Assembly (NCBI GenBank): GCA_963830235.1
Contig: CAWHLR010000026.1
Coordinates: forward strand, 4,792-68,791
Source of the DNA: an uncultured Verrucomicrobiae bacterium
GTDB lineage: Bacteria; Verrucomicrobiota; Verrucomicrobiia; Limisphaerales; UBA11358
Direction: 5' to 3'
DNA: 64,000 nt
Shown here: positions 1 to 9,652 of the stretch, piece by piece
How positions within the stretch are numbered: the first letter of the stretch is position 1
Layout: each line of letters begins with the position of its first letter
The notes under the pieces: model-generated
Told to the model about the DNA's origin: nothing
Databases searched by the model: none
Seen by the model: the letters and a program-made list of their open reading frames with translations, nothing else
Program-made: the position numbers and the translations under genes

Positions 1-73
1 CTGTCGCGCGCAGGCATGGCCAGTTCACCCCCGTGAGCGAGCCGGCGCGTTTTCAGGCGGTGACTATCTCAAA

Positions 74-102
74 TTGTCAAAGCCCCAGGTTTCGTCTATT
101 TA
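74..102 (+). promoter_or_regulatory. possible sigma70-type promoter upstream of the tRNA
   Basis: TTGTCA (74-79), 17-nt spacer, TATTTA (97-102), about 16 nt before the tRNA 5' end. Motif match only. Confidence 0.3.
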
Positions 103-118
103 TTAAGGACTATTTTGT

Positions 119-194
119 GGGCCTATAGCTCAGTGGTTAGAGCAGGCGACTCATAATCGCTTGGTCGGGGGTTCAAATCCCTCTGGGCCCACCA
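119..194 (+). tRNA. tRNA with CAU anticodon (Ile2/lysidine type or elongator Met)
   Basis: 76-nt cloverleaf read by eye: acceptor GGGCCTA/TGGGCCC, anticodon loop CTCATAA (CAT at 152-154), T loop TTCAAAT, encoded CCA. The D and anticodon arms resemble the ileX-type tRNA as I remember it. Confidence 0.9.
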
Positions 195-208
195 ATTTTG
201 TTTGGGTC

Positions 209-418
209 ATGGCATGGGTTTACACGTTGCGTGGGTCATCAGGCCCCTACTACCTCGGCTCCACCACCGATCGGCCACGACGGCTGGACCAGCATCGCAA
301 CGGCTACACCTATTTCACCCGGCGCTTGGGCATACACCTTGGTTTGATTCCAGTCTTCCCGCTGCCGGACGATTTGCATCTTGTAAAGATTGTCCCCAAT
401 TTTATCATCGCCGCATGA
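209..418 (+). CDS. short GIY-YIG (URI-domain) nuclease-like protein, C-terminally truncated
   Basis: MAWVYTLRGSSGPYYLGSTTDRPRRLDQHRNG matches the GIY-(x)-YIG-(x)-R-(x)-H-N-G pattern. It is only 69 aa and ends 4 nt into the next gene. Confidence 0.5.
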   Translation: MAWVYTLRGSSGPYYLGSTTDRPRRLDQHRNGYTYFTRRLGIHLGLIPVFPLPDDLHLVKIVPNFIIAA

Positions 419-3165
419 AATCACGTGATTGGGCATGGCTGGTTTTGTGTTTATTCTTTTTTTCGGGCGCAACGGCACTGGTTTACGAAGTCATTTGGTC
501 AAAGTTTCTCTCGCAGATGTTCGGCAGCACGATTTATGCGCAAACCGTCGTGCTGGCTGCTTTCATGGGAGGACTGGCCATCGGCAACCGGATTTTCGGG
601 AGTTGGGCGGGTCGGTTGCAACAGCCCGTCCGGGCCTATGGTTATCTTGAAATCATCATCGGCATTTATGCGTTTTCCTTTCCAATGGTTGAACAGTTGG
701 CTGACCGCGTCTTTGTCGGCATAGGCACCGGCATCGCTCAACACACCGGCTGGCTGCTTGCTTTGAAGGGGATTTTGAGCGCGGTATTGCTGCTTGGCCC
801 GACCATTCTGATGGGCGGCACACTGCCCTTGCTGGCAACGTGGCTGCAACATTTCTCCACGGATGCCGGGCGTTTTTCAGCCCGTTTTTACTCGGTCAAC
901 AGCTTGGGCGCGGTGGCGGGCGCGGGACTCGCCGGTTTCTGGCTCGTCCAAAATCTCGGCATGATTTCAGCGCTGCAAATGACGGCGCTGGTGAATGTGA
1001 TGATTGGCGCAACAGCCATCCTGATCAGCCGCGAGTTCCAAAAACAACCGACCCCGGACGGATCCACGACGGCAACCGAACCGGAGGTCACCCTGCCAGG
1101 CACATTGCGTTGGGCTGGGGCCATCGTCGCCCTGACCGGTGCGGTTTCAATGGGACTTGAGGTGCTGGCCTCGCGTTCGCTGGCCATGATCTTTGGTTCT
1201 TCCCTCCAATCGTTTGCTGTGGTGTTGATGGCCTTCATTCTGGGAATCGGTTTGGGCAGTGCGTGGATTGCCTCGCCCCGCCGCCGCGAACGTTCGAGTG
1301 AGAAGTTAATTGTTCTGTTGTTGTGCCTGGCGGCAGCGTGGGTGATCTTGCTGGTCTTCAACATCGAGCGGTGGGTGGATCTTTATCGCATTGCGCGCAC
1401 CGGTTTGGGCCGGACCAGCGTGGGTTACTTGTATCATGAATTGTTGTCGGCTGGGATTTCGCTTTTTATCTTTGGCCTGCCGGCAGCGTGCATCGGGGCG
1501 GTCCTGCCTTTGATGATCCGAGCCGTGTCGCATGGGGGCGGCGCGTCGCTGGGCTTGAAAGTTGGCACGTTGCTCACGTGGAACACGCTGGGCGCGGTCG
1601 CAGGCACATTGTTGAGCGGATTTGTGCTGATGCCGGTAGTGGGTTTGCGCAACGCTTTTGGCATACTGGCATTGGCTCTCGCTCTGGCGGCCTTTGTTCT
1701 TGCCCGGCGTTGCCGGTGGCGCATCGGTAATGGCCTGGCGACCGGGGTGATTGTGTTTGCCATCAGCTTGTTTATTTTCAGCGATGAAGGTTGGCGAAAT
1801 GTAATCAGTTCCGGTGCGTTTCGTTTGCAGGAGAAAGAATTTGACGCGAAGGCCATGTCGCTGCGGAAGCAGCATGTACATATTCTCTTCTATGAGGACA
1901 CGGCGGATGCGACGGTATCGGTGGAGCAAAGTGACGACATTCCCGAAATCTCCTCCGCAAGCGAACGTTGCTTGCGGGTGAATGGCAAGGCCGACGCGAC
2001 GAGTCATAGTGATCTCAGTACACAATTGCTCCTTGCTCACTTGCCCCTGATCGCAAAGCCCGGAGCCAGGGATGTCTTCTTGTTCGGTCTCGGTTCGGGA
2101 ATAACGGCCGGAGCTGCGCTGTCGTATCCCGTCGAAAAAATCGTGATTGCAGAAAATTGCGACCCGGTTGTCCGGGCCTCGTCGTTTTTCACGAACTGGA
2201 ACCGCTCGGTACTTGACGACCCTCGCACGCGTCTCTGGCACGAGGACGCACGCACTGTGCTCAAATTAAATCCACAACATTACGATGTAATTGTAGCTGA
2301 GCCGTCAAACCCGTGGACAGTTGGCATCGGCAGCGTCTTCAGTCGAGAATTTTATCAACTGGCCGCCAGCCGCCTCAAATCCGGCGGCATCATGGCACAA
2401 TGGTTTCATGTTTACGAAATGCATGATGGCATTGTGGAACTCGTCCTGCGCACTTTTTGTTCCGTATTTCCCCACGTCGAAATCTGGGATTCCTGTAGCG
2501 GTGACATAATCCTGCTCGGCTCGTTTGACCCTTGGCCGGCCGGCCCCGAAATCTACCGGCAAGGTTTCAACCTTCCGGGCGTGCAATCGGACTTGGCACA
2601 AATCGGCATCCGCTCACCCGAAGCCTTGCTCGCCCGTCAACTGGCCTCCCAACGGACGGCCTTCGCCATTGCCGGCGATGGTCCCATTCAAAGCGATCTT
2701 TTCCCGGTGCTGGAATACGCCGCACCACGCGCATTTTATATCGGCACCACCGCCAAAGTGCTGGAAAACTATGACGAACGCACGCGCCAGCAACTGCTCG
2801 CTCCTGCTGCCAAACTGGCAGTGCTCCGCGCTCTGCCGTCCGCGGACATGCAATCGGTTTTTTCCAACTACACGACGATAAACATGGAATTGCTCGTCTG
2901 TGTACGCGGGCTCTCCCGCGACATGAACGTGCCTTGTGTTTTCACCGGCAACCCCCTGCCCGCCATTGGCAAATCCATAAACACGGAAATGTTAACCGGG
3001 GCTGTCACGGCCCTCAATGCCGGGCAGTGGAAGGAAGCTGCCCGGCTGGCGGCGCTCGCGCTGAAACAATCTCCGGATGACCCACTGGCCGGCTACGTGG
3101 CTCGCATCGTGGAAAGGGAATGTCCGCCGCGCCAAACCGGCACCGGCGGACATCAAGCGCCATGA
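415..3165 (+). CDS. fused polytopic membrane / spermidine-synthase-like protein with TPR-like C-terminus
   Basis: The likely start is MKSRDWAWLVLCLFFFSG at 415; the ORF-track start at 202 overlaps the GIY-YIG frame. About 12 hydrophobic segments precede a spermidine-synthase-fold region (FLFGLGSGITAGAAL, YDVIVAEPSNPW). Confidence 0.8.
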   Translation: MKSRDWAWLVLCLFFFSGATALVYEVIWSKFLSQMFGSTIYAQTVVLAAFMGGLAIGNRIFGSWAGRLQQPVRAYGYLEIIIGIYAFSFPMVEQLADRVFVGIGTGIAQHTGWLLALKGILSAVLLLGPTILMGGTLPLLATWLQHFSTDAGRFSARFYSVNSLGAVAGAGLAGFWLVQNLGMISALQMTALVNVMIGATAILISREFQKQPTPDGSTTATEPEVTLPGTLRWAGAIVALTGAVSMGLEVLASRSLAMIFGSSLQSFAVVLMAFILGIGLGSAWIASPRRRERSSEKLIVLLLCLAAAWVILLVFNIERWVDLYRIARTGLGRTSVGYLYHELLSAGISLFIFGLPAACIGAVLPLMIRAVSHGGGASLGLKVGTLLTWNTLGAVAGTLLSGFVLMPVVGLRNAFGILALALALAAFVLARRCRWRIGNGLATGVIVFAISLFIFSDEGWRNVISSGAFRLQEKEFDAKAMSLRKQHVHILFYEDTADATVSVEQSDDIPEISSASERCLRVNGKADATSHSDLSTQLLLAHLPLIAKPGARDVFLFGLGSGITAGAALSYPVEKIVIAENCDPVVRASSFFTNWNRSVLDDPRTRLWHEDARTVLKLNPQHYDVIVAEPSNPWTVGIGSVFSREFYQLAASRLKSGGIMAQWFHVYEMHDGIVELVLRTFCSVFPHVEIWDSCSGDIILLGSFDPWPAGPEIYRQGFNLPGVQSDLAQIGIRSPEALLARQLASQRTAFAIAGDGPIQSDLFPVLEYAAPRAFYIGTTAKVLENYDERTRQQLLAPAAKLAVLRALPSADMQSVFSNYTTINMELLVCVRGLSRDMNVPCVFTGNPLPAIGKSINTEMLTGAVTALNAGQWKEAARLAALALKQSPDDPLAGYVARIVERECPPRQTGTGGHQAP

Positions 3166-3216
3166 TCCGCCCAAACGAAATTCGACGAAAGCCCCGGAAC
3201 GCGATAACCTGTTCGT

Positions 3217-5559
3217 GTGTGCAGCGCCTCGTCGCCATATCAGGTTGAATCGAATGCCGGGCACGGCCCCGGCGCCACGGAATTGCTCGTCGGCGGCATG
3301 AACTGCAACAATTGCGCGCGGCACGTCACCGAGGCGGTTCAGGGCGTGGCCGGAGTGCGCAGCGCCACGGTGTTGCTCGAAGCCGGCCGCGCATCGGTGC
3401 GCTGGAATTCCGGCGCGGAGCAAAACGTTCCCGCCGTCATCGAGGCCGTTCAGAAGGCCGGCTATACGGCAAAACAAATCCAGCCCGGCCCTTCCGCCGG
3501 TGGCGAATCCAGACACGCCGACTGGCAAATCAATCTCTGGCTCGGCATCACCGTTACTGCCGCGCTGATGGTTGGCGAATGGATTTTCCATCTCGCCATG
3601 AAACCGTGGTTTCAGTGGGTTGCCTTTGCGCTGGCCGGACTGGTGCAGGTCTTTGCCGGGGCAAAATTTTATCGCGGCGCATGGAACCAGCTCAAAATCG
3701 GCAACTCGAACATGGATACGCTCGTCGCGCTCGGTTCGACCACCGCGTTTGGCTACAGCGCGTGGGCTTTGCTGAGCGGTGTGGGCGGCCATCTCTATTT
3801 CATGGAAGCCGCCGCCATCATCACGCTCATCAGTTTCGGCCACTGGATCGAGGCTCGCGTGAGCATGCGCGCGTCGGGCGCGCTGGAAAATTTGCTGAAC
3901 CTCGCGCCGCAAACCGCGCGCCGGATTTCTCAATCCGAAATCCGAAATCCGAAATCCGAAATTGAAGTCCCTGTCGCCGAACTGAAAATCGGCGATCTGG
4001 TCGCGTTGCGCCCCGGCGACCGGGTGCCGGTGGATGGCACGGTGGCCGAAGGCGATTCCGCCGTGGACGAGGCGATGCTCACCGGCGAATCGGCGCCGGT
4101 GGACAAAAAAACCGGCGGCGAACTTTACGCCGGCACGGTGAATTTGAATGGCCAGCTCATCATGCGTGTGACCGCCACCGGCGAAAGCACTGCGCTGGCG
4201 CACATCATCGCCGCCGTGCAACGCGCCCAGACCAGCCGCGCCGATATCCAGCGCCTCGGCGACCGCGTGAGCAGCGTCTTCGTACCGGTCGTCGTCGCCA
4301 TCGCCGTCGCTGCTGCTTTGTGGTGGGGATTCATGCCGGAATCGGCGAAACACATTCACGACCTGCTCGCGCCGTTCCTCTGGCACGTCATGTCTCCGAC
4401 CGGCGCGGCGGCGGGTTTCATCATTGCTGCGGCGGTATTAATTGTGGCGTGTCCGTGCGCGATGGGTCTGGCGACGCCCGCCGCCATCATGGCCAGTGCC
4501 AACACCGCCGCGCGCCGCGGCATTCTGATTCGCGACGGTGTGGCGCTGGAGAAGGCCGGGAAAATCACTGCCGTAATTTTCGACAAGACCGGAACCCTCA
4601 CCCTTGGGAAGCCGGAAGTCGCAGTCATTGGAGCGCCGGTCTCCGACCCGGCGCGTTTCGAAACGATTGATCTTCGAGCCGGGTCGGAGACCGGCGTTCC
4701 AATCGCACAAATCGCCGCAGCGTTGGCGCGTTCCTCGAACCACCCCATCAGCCAGGCGATTGCCAAATTGTCTGCTCAGAACATTGACTTGAAAGACTGG
4801 CAGGAAATTCGCGGCTGTGGCGTTGAGGCCAACATTCAACATTCAACATTCAACATTCAACATCCAATGGGCAAAGCCCGGCTCGGTTCGCTCCGGTGGT
4901 TGAAGGAATCCGGCGTGGATTTGGCGGCAGGTGAAAAATTCATTGCCGAGTGGTCGCAACAGGGCGCAACGATTGTCGGGCTGGCGGTGGAGCAATCGCT
5001 CGCCGGGTTGTTCGCCGTCAAGGACACGGTGAAGCCCGGCGCACACACGGTGGTGGAACAATTGCACCGGCAGAATTTGAAGACGTTTTTGGTGACCGGC
5101 GACAACGCGTTGACCGCCGCCAGCATCGCCCGGCAGGCCGGCATCGCGGCGGAGAACGTCGCCGCCGAAGTGCGACCGGAACAAAAGGCGGAGTTTGTGA
5201 AAAAACTCCAGGCGCAAGGCGAGCGCGTGGCGTTCGTGGGCGACGGCATCAACGATGCGCCGGCGCTGGAGCAGGCCGATCTCGGCATCGCCGTGAGCCG
5301 CGCCAGCGACCTCGCGCGCGAGGCGGCGGACATCATTTTGTTGAAATCGGAAATCGAGGCCGTGCCGGAGGCGCTCGGCCTGGCGCGGGTGACGTTGCGG
5401 ACGATCAAACAGAATTTGTTCTGGGCGTTTTTTTACAACGCGCTGGGCGTGCCGCTGGCCGCGCTGGGTTTCATCAGCCCGATTTTATGCGCGGCAGCGA
5501 TGGGCGTGTCGGACTTGATTGTGATTGGCAATGCGCTGCGGCTTTTGCGGTGGCGCTGA
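3217..5559 (+). CDS. copA: copper/heavy-metal translocating P-type ATPase
   Basis: Contains the GMNCNNC metal-binding motif, TGES, CPC, DKTGT and GDGINDAP. Confidence 0.95.
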   Translation: MCSASSPYQVESNAGHGPGATELLVGGMNCNNCARHVTEAVQGVAGVRSATVLLEAGRASVRWNSGAEQNVPAVIEAVQKAGYTAKQIQPGPSAGGESRHADWQINLWLGITVTAALMVGEWIFHLAMKPWFQWVAFALAGLVQVFAGAKFYRGAWNQLKIGNSNMDTLVALGSTTAFGYSAWALLSGVGGHLYFMEAAAIITLISFGHWIEARVSMRASGALENLLNLAPQTARRISQSEIRNPKSEIEVPVAELKIGDLVALRPGDRVPVDGTVAEGDSAVDEAMLTGESAPVDKKTGGELYAGTVNLNGQLIMRVTATGESTALAHIIAAVQRAQTSRADIQRLGDRVSSVFVPVVVAIAVAAALWWGFMPESAKHIHDLLAPFLWHVMSPTGAAAGFIIAAAVLIVACPCAMGLATPAAIMASANTAARRGILIRDGVALEKAGKITAVIFDKTGTLTLGKPEVAVIGAPVSDPARFETIDLRAGSETGVPIAQIAAALARSSNHPISQAIAKLSAQNIDLKDWQEIRGCGVEANIQHSTFNIQHPMGKARLGSLRWLKESGVDLAAGEKFIAEWSQQGATIVGLAVEQSLAGLFAVKDTVKPGAHTVVEQLHRQNLKTFLVTGDNALTAASIARQAGIAAENVAAEVRPEQKAEFVKKLQAQGERVAFVGDGINDAPALEQADLGIAVSRASDLAREAADIILLKSEIEAVPEALGLARVTLRTIKQNLFWAFFYNALGVPLAALGFISPILCAAAMGVSDLIVIGNALRLLRWR
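3932..3963. repeat. heptanucleotide tandem array (AATCCGA x4) inside copA
   Basis: aatccgaaatccgaaatccgaaatccgaaatt, read in-frame as SEIRNPKSEI. A single complementary unit (cggatttc) sits just upstream. Confidence 0.9.
4634..4696. repeat. REPIN-like perfect inverted repeat inside copA (in-frame, 63 nt)
   Basis: cgccggtctccgacccggc (4634-4652) and its exact reverse complement gccgggtcggagaccggcg (4678-4696). Each arm holds a ggtc-tcc-gacc mini-hairpin. Confidence 0.9.
4831..4865. repeat. heptanucleotide tandem array (AACATTC x4 + AACATCC) inside copA
   Basis: aacattcaacattcaacattcaacattcaacatcc, read in-frame as NIQHSTFNIQHP. Confidence 0.9.
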
Positions 5560-5587
5560 TTTTCCCCTTGAACCGTCGCGCGCCGGT

Positions 5588-8500
5588 TTATTCCTCGCCG
5601 TTGCCGGATTCGGCCTTGCGTTCCCAGCGGCGCGGCGCGCGTTCGGGCAGCGAGGTGTCGACCTTGGCGTAATATGTTTCCTCGCCAAAACGCGCGTCGG
5701 CTTCCTGCTGCAATTTCAACGACGGCATGACGCCGAAACGTTCGTTGGTGTCCATGAAGATGACTTCGCCGCCGGGACGCATGAAACACAGCAGCAACGG
5801 GCATTTGCCCGGATGCGCGGCCACGAGTTCGCGCACGGATTCCAGTTGTTCCGGTTTCAGGTGCGCGGTGTGCAGCCGCAAATGAACCTGTTTGGTGAAT
5901 TTTCTGGGCGCGTCCTCCAGCGGCAGGATTTCCTGCGGAAAAATCTTTGGGCGGTCGTCACCGGTGTTCACTTCGCCGATGACCAGGATGGCTTTGTTCG
6001 GCACGAGCAACGCGCGGTATTTGTCGTAGTTCTCGTTCATGCAAAGAATCTGCACGGAGCCTTCGAGGTCTTCGAGCGTGACCATGGAGTAAGGCTTTCC
6101 GCTTTTCTTTGACACGCCGTTTTGCACCGCCGCAATCAATCCGCCGATGGCCGTCTGGCTGCGATTCGGCAGCTCCGCGAGCTTGGCGGTGTTCGCCAGC
6201 GTGTATTTTTCCAAAATCGGCGCAAACGGCGTCAGCGGATGGCCGGTGACGTAAAAGCCGAGCAGCTCCTTTTCGTGTGCGAGCAACTCATGCTGCGGCC
6301 ATTCGGGCAGGTTGCTGATGGCGTCCGGCATGGGCGGCGCTTTTTCCTCCAGCGCGCCAAAGAGCGAGCTTTGTCCCTTCTGCCGGTCGGAAAGAATGCT
6401 CGCGGCGCGGGCCAGGGTGCGTTCGATTTGCGCGGACAACGTGGCACGCGTCTGGCCGAAGCCGTCGCACGCGCCGGTTTTGATGAGCGCCTCAAGTGTT
6501 TTCCGGTTCACCGTGCGGCCATCCGCGCGCTCGCACAGATCCGAAAGCGAGGTGAATTTTCCGCGTTCGTTCCGGGCTTTCAAAATGGATTCCACCGCGA
6601 CTTCGCCCACGCCCTTGATCGCGGCGAGGCCGAAGCGGATGGCCTTGCCGTCGCGCGCCGGGGCGAAGTGGACCAGGCTCTCGTTCACATCGGGGCCGAG
6701 GACCTCGATGCCGAACGCCCGCGCCTCGTTGATGTACTGGCTCAACTTGGCGGTATCCGCCATGTCGTTGGTCATCATCGCGCAGAAAAATTCGACGGGA
6801 TAATTGGCCTTCAGATAGGCGGTCTGATACGCGACGATGGCGTAGGCGGCGGCGTGCGATTTGTTGAAGCCATAGCCGGCGAACTTTTCCAGCAAATCGA
6901 AAATCTCGTTCGCCTTTTTTTCGGGGATCTGGTTTTTATCCCTGCAGCCCTTGACGAAAATGGCGCGTTGCTTGGCCATTTCCTCCAGCTTCTTTTTGCC
7001 CATGGCGCGCCGGAGCAAATCCGCGCTGCCAAGCGTGAACCCGGCCAGCAACTGGGCGGCCTGCATCACCTGTTCCTGGTAAATCAAAATGCCGTAGGTC
7101 TCGCGCGCAATCGGTTCGAGCAGCGGATGTTCGTATTTGATCTCGATTTCACCGTGGCGACGCTTGATAAATTCAGGAATCAGCTCCATCGGGCCGGGCC
7201 GGTAAAGCGCGACCAAGGCGGTGATGTGTTCAACGGAACTGATTTGAAACTTGCGGCACAAATCGCGCATTCCGCCGGATTCCAACTGGAACACGCCGAG
7301 TGTTTCCGCGCGGTTGAGCAGGTCGTAGGTCTTTTGGTCGTCGAGCGGCAGATGGTCAATCGGCACCTCGATGCCGTGCGTGCGCTTGACCATTTCGCAG
7401 GTGTTGCGGATGACGGTGAGCGTCTTCAGGCCGAGAAAATCCATCTTCAGCAGGCCCAGCTCGCCGACGGGATTCATCGCGTATTGCGTGACGAGCGTGC
7501 CGCTTTCGTCCTGCTTGAGCGGCAGCAAATTCACCAGCGGCTGATCGCCGATGACGACGCCGGCGGCGTGGACGGAGGCGTTGCGCGTGATGTCTTCCAG
7601 GATGAGCGCGGTGTCAATCAATTCGCGCGTGACCTCCTCGGTTTGGTAGGCCTCCTTGAATTCCGGCGACTGCTTGAGCGCCTTCGTCAAATCCATTTTC
7701 AGATCGAACGGAATCATCTTGGCCAGCCGATCGCACTCGCCGTAGCTCAGGCCCATCACGCGGCCCACATCGCGCACGACGGATTTCGCGCCCATCGTGC
7801 CGAACGTGATGATTTGCGCGACGGAATCGCGGCCGTATTTCTCGCGGACATACTCAATGACATCGGCGCGCCGGTCGTCCGCAAAATCAATGTCAATATC
7901 CGGCGGGTTGACGCGCTCGGGATTGAGGAAGCGCTCGAACAGCAGGCCGTAGCGGATCGGGTCCACGTTGGAAATTTCCAGCAGGTAGGTGACGATGGAA
8001 CCGGCGGCGGAACCGCGCGCCACACAAGCAATGCCGTGTTCGTGACCGTACCGGATGAAATCGCCAACAATGAGAAAGTAACTGATGAAACCTGTCTTTT
8101 CGATGACCTTAAGCTCCAGTTGCAGCCGATCCAAAACGGCCTTGATGGCGGCAGCGATGGCGGGGTCTTTTATGTCGTAGCAGCCGACGTGAGGAGGCTC
8201 ATTCTTTTTCTGCCCGGCATCTTCCGAATCTGATTTGAGCCTCGTTACCTCGGCTGCTACGGAAGCATCGAAAGTCGGCAATCGCGTTGGATCGTCAATT
8301 CCCTCGAACGACAAATTCCTTGCCCTCGGCTTTGGCGTGAAGCGTGTAGCGCCGGAGCAATCCTTCCGCAACCAACTTGCGCAAATAACCTTCGCGCGTG
8401 AAATGTTCCGGCGGCGCAAAGACCGGGAAGTGCAATTTGCTGAAATCGATTTCCAGGTTGCACTGCTCAGCGACGGCGAGCGTGTTTTTGACGGCCTCGG

Positions 8501-9287
8501 GCGTTTCGGCGAAGCGCGCCTTCATTTCCTCCGCCGTGCGCAGGTAAAACTGCTCCGGCTCGTAGCGCATCCGTTTCGTCTCGGCCAGTTGCGTCTGCGT
8601 GCCGATGCAAATCAGGCAATCATGCGCGTGCGAATGGCTTTTCTCGATATAATGAACGTCATTCGTTGCGATGAGTTTGAGGCCGAATTCCTTCGCCCAC
8701 AGGATCAAATGCTTGTTGACCTTGGCTTGTTCGGCGATGCCGTGGTTTTGCAGTTCGAGATAAAAATTGTCCGGGCCGAGCGTCTGCTTGAACCAATCCA
8801 CCGCGTCGCGCGCCTTGTCCAACTGGTCCTTGAGGATCCAATCCGGGATTTCGCTCGCAAGGCAGCCGGACATGGCGATCAGGCCTTCCTTGTGCGCGGC
8901 GAGGATTTCCTTGTCAATGCGCGGCTTGTAATAATAACCCTCCAGATGCGCGGCGGTGGTGAGCTTGATGAGGTTTTTGTAGCCGGTCTCGTCCTTGGCC
9001 AGCAAGCCGAGATGATGATAAACATCGCGTCCGCCGCTGCTGGTTTTCTTTTCCAGCCGGCTGCCGGGTGCAACATAAACTTCGCAGCCGATGATGGGTT
9101 TGATGCCCTTTTCGCGCGCCGCCTTGTAAAAATCAATGACGCCATGCATCGCGCCGTGGTCGGTGATGGCGAGCGCGGGGAATTTCAGTTCATGCGCCTT
9201 GTCCACCAGCCGGTCCAGACGGCAGGCGCCATCGAGCAATGAATACTCGGTGTGCAGATGCAAATGGACAAAATCGGCGTGCGACAT
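5588..9287 (-). CDS. dnaE: DNA polymerase III alpha subunit; the reading frame is broken by a one-nt shift near 8300 (true frameshift or sequence error)
   Basis: The N-terminal PHP-domain ORF 8295-9287 (HLHLHTEYSLLDG) is followed by the remainder in ORF 5588-8419 (FLIVGDFI, FERFLNPERVNPPDIDIDF). The two ORFs overlap in different frames. Confidence 0.9.
8177..8260. repeat. REPIN-like inverted doublet inside dnaE (in-frame, 84 nt)
   Basis: GTAGCAGCCGACGTGAGGAGGCTC (8177-8200) faces GAGCCTCGTTACCTCGGCTGCTAC (8237-8260). It belongs to the same family as the solo REP at 34677-34700. Confidence 0.75.
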
Positions 9288-9349
9288 GGGGACAAGTTAC
9301 CGCTCGCCACGGCATCCGCGCAAGGCAGGGATGTTCACAACCGCAAATT

Positions 9350-9652
9350 TCAATCCAACGACCCCAAATCTGGCTCGTTTTGCGCACCATGCCAGTAACG
9401 CAGGATGTCCACGGAATTATCCTGCTTCCGAAACCGGTAGAAAATGATGTAAGGCCGCGAAACCAATTTGCGCACACCGGGACGTTTGGGATAAGGCGAA
9501 CCGAGCAAAGGGAAATTTTCGAGGATGGCCACGCGGTCAATCAGGGCGTTGCCAACGCGCGTGGCGGCATCGGGATTTTCCTCGGCAATGAAGCGAACGG
9601 CGGCTTCCAAATCCGCCAGCGCCTGGGGCGAGAAGATTATTTTGCAGCCCAT
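9350..9652 (-). CDS. type II toxin, RelE/ParE family
   Basis: 100 aa with a typical ParE-like layout (IIFSPQALADLEAAVRFIAEENP ... ILRYWHGAQ). It overlaps the upstream small gene by 16 nt. Confidence 0.8.
   Translation of the reverse strand: MGCKIIFSPQALADLEAAVRFIAEENPDAATRVGNALIDRVAILENFPLLGSPYPKRPGVRKLVSRPYIIFYRFRKQDNSVDILRYWHGAQNEPDLGSLD

Noticed and set aside
202-414. N-terminal 71-aa extension of the spermidine-synthase-like ORF.
   Set aside because: The extension is junk-like and overlaps the better-supported GIY-YIG frame. The hydrophobic N-terminus starting at MKSRDWAWLV (415) is a more plausible start.
3932-4865. The tandem short repeats (here and at the other heptamer loci) considered as possible CRISPR arrays.
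   Set aside because: The units are 7 nt long and directly abutting, with no unique spacers and no cas genes in the window.
6122-8233. 703-aa ORF on the plus strand opposite dnaE. Similar long antisense ORFs occur at 10372-11760, 27068-28375, 46056-47390, 51302-52717 and 61205-62248.
   Set aside because: Their translations are Arg/Gly/Ala-rich with no recognisable motifs, and each lies exactly antisense to a gene with strong family motifs. This is the usual shadow-ORF artefact of high-GC DNA.
8290-8312. Programmed +1 frameshifting in dnaE.
   Set aside because: There is no prfB-like shift site (a slippery codon directly before a stop) and no upstream SD-like stimulator. Several other genes in the window show similar single-base breaks, which points to indel errors.
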